The notes beneath the pieces were generated by a model, which saw only the letters and a list, made by a program, of their open reading frames with translations, did no database searches and was not told where the DNA came from. Positions 59,779-64,000 of a DNA stretch of 64,000 nucleotides are shown piece after piece. Position numbers and translations under genes: made by a program. The stretch is from Paecilomyces variotii (lineage: Eukaryota). The DNA is taken from the NCBI GenBank assembly GCA_004022145.1, contig RCNU01000013.1, one strand, 5' to 3'. Position 1 is the first letter of the stretch. Each line of letters starts with the position of its first letter.

Positions 59779-61360
59779 TTAGGTGAGTGGGCGCGCGCCC
59801 AAGTGATCCGCTTGCGCGAGATGATCCCCTTGAAACGCCGGAGAATGGTACGTCGTATCAGGCTCGTACCGGGCGGCCTGGTCGGTTCCAGCATAATTGG
59901 CCGTTCGGGTATAGCCTTCGCGCATCTCATATCCGTCCGTGACATCTTCACTCGAGGAAGACGAGTATTCATCCCCCTCACGGCGTCGCCGGTTATAGGC
60001 ACCGGGCCCAAAGGGGTTGTTCTCGTATGCAGGAGGGGTTGGAGCGACAGACACTCCGCTAGGCACCGAGAGATCGTTGGACCTCTCCGGCTGCAAGTAA
60101 ACACCTGTTTCCAATCGCTCCTCATCAGGGTTCCGGAGCGCCACGTTGCTGTCTCCGTACGGCTTTATCTGAGCGACAGGTTCAATAGGAGCAGTGGCCC
60201 AGGTGCGGATGGAGTACGCCCGGCCCTTTTTCCACGGCTGCGTTACTGGAGGAAAGTATTGACTGTAGGAAGCCCAGGCGCAGAAGACACCCAGAAGCGA
60301 ACCGCTGATCACGTCGAATGGGTGGTGTCTGGCATCCATGATACGGGAGACAGCAATGAGCGACGCCGCGATCAGGGGAGTGACAACGATGACCAGCTTC
60401 CAGACCTCACCACGGTTATCCATGACATGCAGTTTACCGCAAAGGTATAGCGACAGGTAAAAAAGACCGGCAAAAGAGGCTATCGAGGTCAGTACAATGA
60501 ATCATACCATCGCCAGAAGTAGACGGAATCTTACAGCTGCTGTGTCCTATACATCGAGATTAGTCTTTCATATCCACCCATCGAGAAACACAAGAAGGAG
60601 CTTACCAGACGGCCACGAGCGAAAGCCATCCTTCAACAGTGCCTTGTCGCCGGTACATATGGAGTAGTCGGACAGAGTGAGAGGCGTAGGATCCGTAGTG
60701 ACCGATGGTTTGCACCGATCGATCAGGTCCGGCCTGGGTCTGCCGCAGGCATTCTTCAAGATCTGCGTGATAACAAACGCCATGGCCTGCGACAGCAGCA
60801 GGCCCAGAATACCGCAGTTCAGCTCCCACAGTCTGTCCTTCCACCTGTATGTACCCGAGAGCTTCCTCCTCCCCGATGTCGACGTCGTGGAAGGCTTTTT
60901 GTGCGAAAAGAGGCCATCGATGAACAGGGTGTATATCACTATGACCGCCGCCGGGAAAACGAGGGAGATCAATATCGCGTCCTGTATGGGCACCCGTTCA
61001 TGTACGGCGTATGGGTACATTAGCGTGATGTCTCGCAGGGAGAAGTGCTGATGGAACGGCTCGATCGCATCGAGGATATAGAAGCCTATGACGCAGGCGC
61101 TGCGGTGATTTCGCTGTTAGTCTTGAGATCCGTGGCAGGGATGCTTGAAGCAGCAGGTGGTCGCAAGTCGGTCAAAGGCGGAGGAGGGGGGGAGAACAAA
61201 CATAATAATGACATAGTCGGCGATGTATCTGCGCAAAGTATTAGCAAGACCATCGAGCTCAGAAACCAAGCGTTACAGATGCGATAAAGACTCACGATAT
61301 CACCACGCGCGCCCTTAGGCGCTTCTTAGAGAATGGTAGTTTGGACGGTAGACGGTCCAT
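59779..61360 (-). CDS. PAP2 lipid phosphate phosphatase (DPP1/LPP-like), multi-exon
   Basis: KNACGRPRP, WPSG|HSS and SRIMDARHHPFD catalytic motifs. Confidence 0.92.
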
Positions 61361-62659
61361 AGCGGTGAGCTCGATGCGAACAGAGAAAACCAGCGACAGA
61401 AAGATATCTTCTAAGCTCGTCCCAGACGGCGGATCATTGCCAATAATATGCGACGAAATGAAATGGTCGAAACGAATCCTGCGTATCGTCCAGAGTCCAA
61501 GTGGTTTGGAAGACAGAAAGAACTTTGTGATCGTCCAGTGTATGCTGTGGCGGAGCAGGGCGAAACACGTAGTTATTCCGCCAAGGTGAATAATCCGGCG
61601 CGTTTCAAGCAGAACCTTTTCTTTTTATTATTCCATTCCGTTTCACTCTCGACCATCTTACTATGTAATAATACTCCGTACCAAAGCTCATCAGAAGAAT
61701 GCTCCGCCAAACACTGGGGCGAGCGTTCTGGCCAGCCACACAGGAAGTCTGTTTTTGCGCTTCCCCAGAAATAATAGCAGCGTCACCGTGCGGGTTGCCT
61801 TCTTGGGCGCTAGTGAAGCCATCGTCCAACAGCCAAGCTTTGCTCTGAGCGTCCCAGTGACATGTTGGTGGTTTTTTATTGGAGCCATGGGATTCGTTTC
61901 TATACTCGTCTCGAACATTTCGTGCGATCACCAACGCCATATACAGATGGAGCAAGGCGAGGTCATCAAAGAATGCCCCTGAAACGATACCAGGCAGCCA
62001 TATAAATCTCGAAGGTATGTCACTCTCAGCTTGAGAGTGCTTATTACTATTTTGATAATAATGCAGCTCGGTGAGGCCTATCCCAAAAGGGGATCTACTG
62101 CTCCCATAAATAGCACGCCTTGAGCAAGTCGAGGCTAGACGTGATATCTCGGTCGAGAGCTGTCCATACGCGCCACGAAGAATTCTTCTCGACGCTCGTT
62201 ACTGGAAGCTTAAGCTGGTTCGAGAAGCCAGATGTAGAATGGAACCAGACTGAGGCTCAACACAGCGACCACGCACACAACTTGTGACTGTTCCAGTCGG
62301 GAATTTTTCTAGTCCATACAATTTCCAATATGGATGGAGATGCTCCATGAAAATCTTTGATTTCTCTCTTCTCACTTAACTGATGTGGAGATCGAGATCG
62401 TCGAACAGGAAGTCATTCGAACCCTATCTATTCGTAGAATTCTATCAATCCAACGAGGGTATCAATAGGCATGTTATAAGTCGGGGGCTCGAACATTGTC
62501 TACTCCAAGAAACATATGATGCATCCTCAAATCAGCACCGTGAATGCCGAGGTCGTGCAACTGTGCGTGAGTATCTGATAATGTATTCCTGTGATGCATG
62601 TAATGTTATTTCAAAACACCACAACTACCTACTATTCGTATATTGAGCGCAATGGGAAC

Positions 62660-63163
62660 TCATTGAGGAAAACTCGTCGGCTCAGTCAGGATCCTCCCTG
62701 CCCTCGAGCGTATGATGTAGACAACAAAAACAGGGTACGTCTGCGTCGCGCGCATAGAGCGATCTCGAGTCTCTCTTTCGTGAATCGCATCGAGCGCCGC
62801 GGGCTGGAGGACTTCTTGCACCAGCTGAGTCACCTCAATACTGTCTGTCTGCAGCTGCGCCGGGCTCGAGCCCAGGGAACCATTCCGCAGCTTGCGGATT
62901 CGTGTCTCAACGTCATCAAGGAAGCTGTTCGCAGTCTCGCCATCTCCAACGTGAAGTGTGACCGCGCCGATTTGCTCGCGCCCTTGCTCTCTGGCTCCGC
63001 CGTCGCGGAAGGTGGTCCTGGAGGATGTAATGCTGAAGCGTTCGATGGTGCCGTTCTCGGGAAGGAGATGAAGAACATTAATTGTGGCACCAAAGTTGCC
63101 AACAACAAGGAGCACAGATGGAGTGGTAGAGGGGGTAAATTTGTTTATGAGACGGGCAAGCAT
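62660..63163 (-). CDS. Hypothetical protein (167 aa)
   Basis: Clean ORF with CATAATC-ATG context, GC-rich codons against AT-rich flanks, and a TATA-like element ~75 nt upstream; family not recognised. Confidence 0.6.
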   Translation of the reverse strand: MLARLINKFTPSTTPSVLLVVGNFGATINVLHLLPENGTIERFSITSSRTTFRDGGAREQGREQIGAVTLHVGDGETANSFLDDVETRIRKLRNGSLGSSPAQLQTDSIEVTQLVQEVLQPAALDAIHERETRDRSMRATQTYPVFVVYIIRSRAGRILTEPTSFPQ

Positions 63164-64000
63164 GATTATGTGAGTTGAAGATTATTGAATGAAGAGTTAT
63201 TGATTCTTGATTCACTTGTAACTTGCCAAAGGTTATAAAGAAAGAAACCTACACTTAGTCACAGCGAAGGTTGACGTGGCCGCTACTTCAACGCCAACTA
63301 CCTACCTACCTACTGTCTCAATATAAAGCGCCTGCCCAACAACTATACCTATATTACCTAAAAGCAGAAGGAGACGAAGCAATTTAATGCTGAAAAAGTA
63401 CTATATATTAATGAGTAGTTCTATAAGCTTAATAGTCTAATCCGGATATACAATTTTGGCCTTGCAAATATCTCAATTTTGACGAAACATGTTTCTAACT
63501 TAGCCAGGGAAAGCCTTAAAGGGTTGCTACAAAGTATGAGCATAATAATTCTATTCCAACTAGTGGGAAATCTGAATTAGTGACCTCAGTTAGATGTATT
63601 GCTACAGGTAAGGGGGGGTAATAGCACAACTCTTTATCTGACGTCTAAGCATACCTAGGTATTCAACACCATTTCTCGCTCCTTACTAGGCATATAAGCC
63701 AACCTCTCTCATCGAACCTTTTTTCTTCGTGTTACATAGTTCCATTTGCCACACCGATAGATAGACACCATTAGGCCGACGTATTAGCTCGGAACCCCAG
63801 CATATTTCTAGGTCTGGGATCAATTCCTACACCTCACTACTAGGAAAGTAGTGACTTTACGTACTCGTTTTCGTTCGATTCCTTTAATTTCTTTCGGATG
63901 GCACACAACACGTGCTATGAACACAGTGAGATCGTTGTTAATAGCCAAACAAATCGTGCCGCATTGATCTCGGAAGTATTCTTATCGCATCCCACCAAGC

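Noticed and set aside
62591-63178. 195-aa plus-strand ORF
   Set aside because: Antisense to the 167-aa ORF, which has the better start context and composition.
1-64000. CRISPR arrays, rRNA, intact transposons, PKS/NRPS genes
   Set aside because: None seen; eukaryotic DNA with only homopolymers and short microsatellites as simple repeats.

Overview
Eukaryotic, intron-containing DNA from a filamentous ascomycete (Eurotiales-like, judged from GT-AG introns with CTRAC/CTAAT branch sites and the gene families present). About 23 protein genes, one intron-containing tRNA-Leu(CAA) and several decayed elements. Left to right: GH55 exo-1,3-beta-glucanase; an internally deleted NACHT-WD (NLR) relic; APH-type phosphotransferase; cation/H+ antiporter; nitroalkane oxidase; flavin-reductase-like protein; Mn-type CDF transporter; orphan coiled-coil protein; VHS/GAT protein; transcription-factor fragment; a second APH/AIM9-like gene; tRNA-Leu; ferric reductase. 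Cluster A (28.5-40.6 kb) has two SDRs, a Zn2Cys6 regulator, a Zn polyol dehydrogenase and a 2-hydroxyacid reductase, resembling the Aspergillus D-glucuronate/L-idonate (glu) cluster. It contains a Tc1 relic, a frameshifted SDR and an intron-retention-dependent PTS1. Cluster B (41.4-51.0 kb) has a PhyH-type 2OG-Fe(II) dioxygenase, a class II aldolase, an Arg81-like regulator, a ketopantoate-reductase-like enzyme, an ALDH pseudogene absent from the ORF track and a Rid-domain/flavin amine oxidase fusion. Its promoters are GATA-rich, and it is the best candidate for an undescribed nitrogen-compound catabolic pathway. RPL17, a kinase-like relic, a Myb-like orphan, a MARVEL protein, a PAP2 phosphatase and a small hypothetical gene follow. 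All family calls are from motif recognition by eye; no searches were run.
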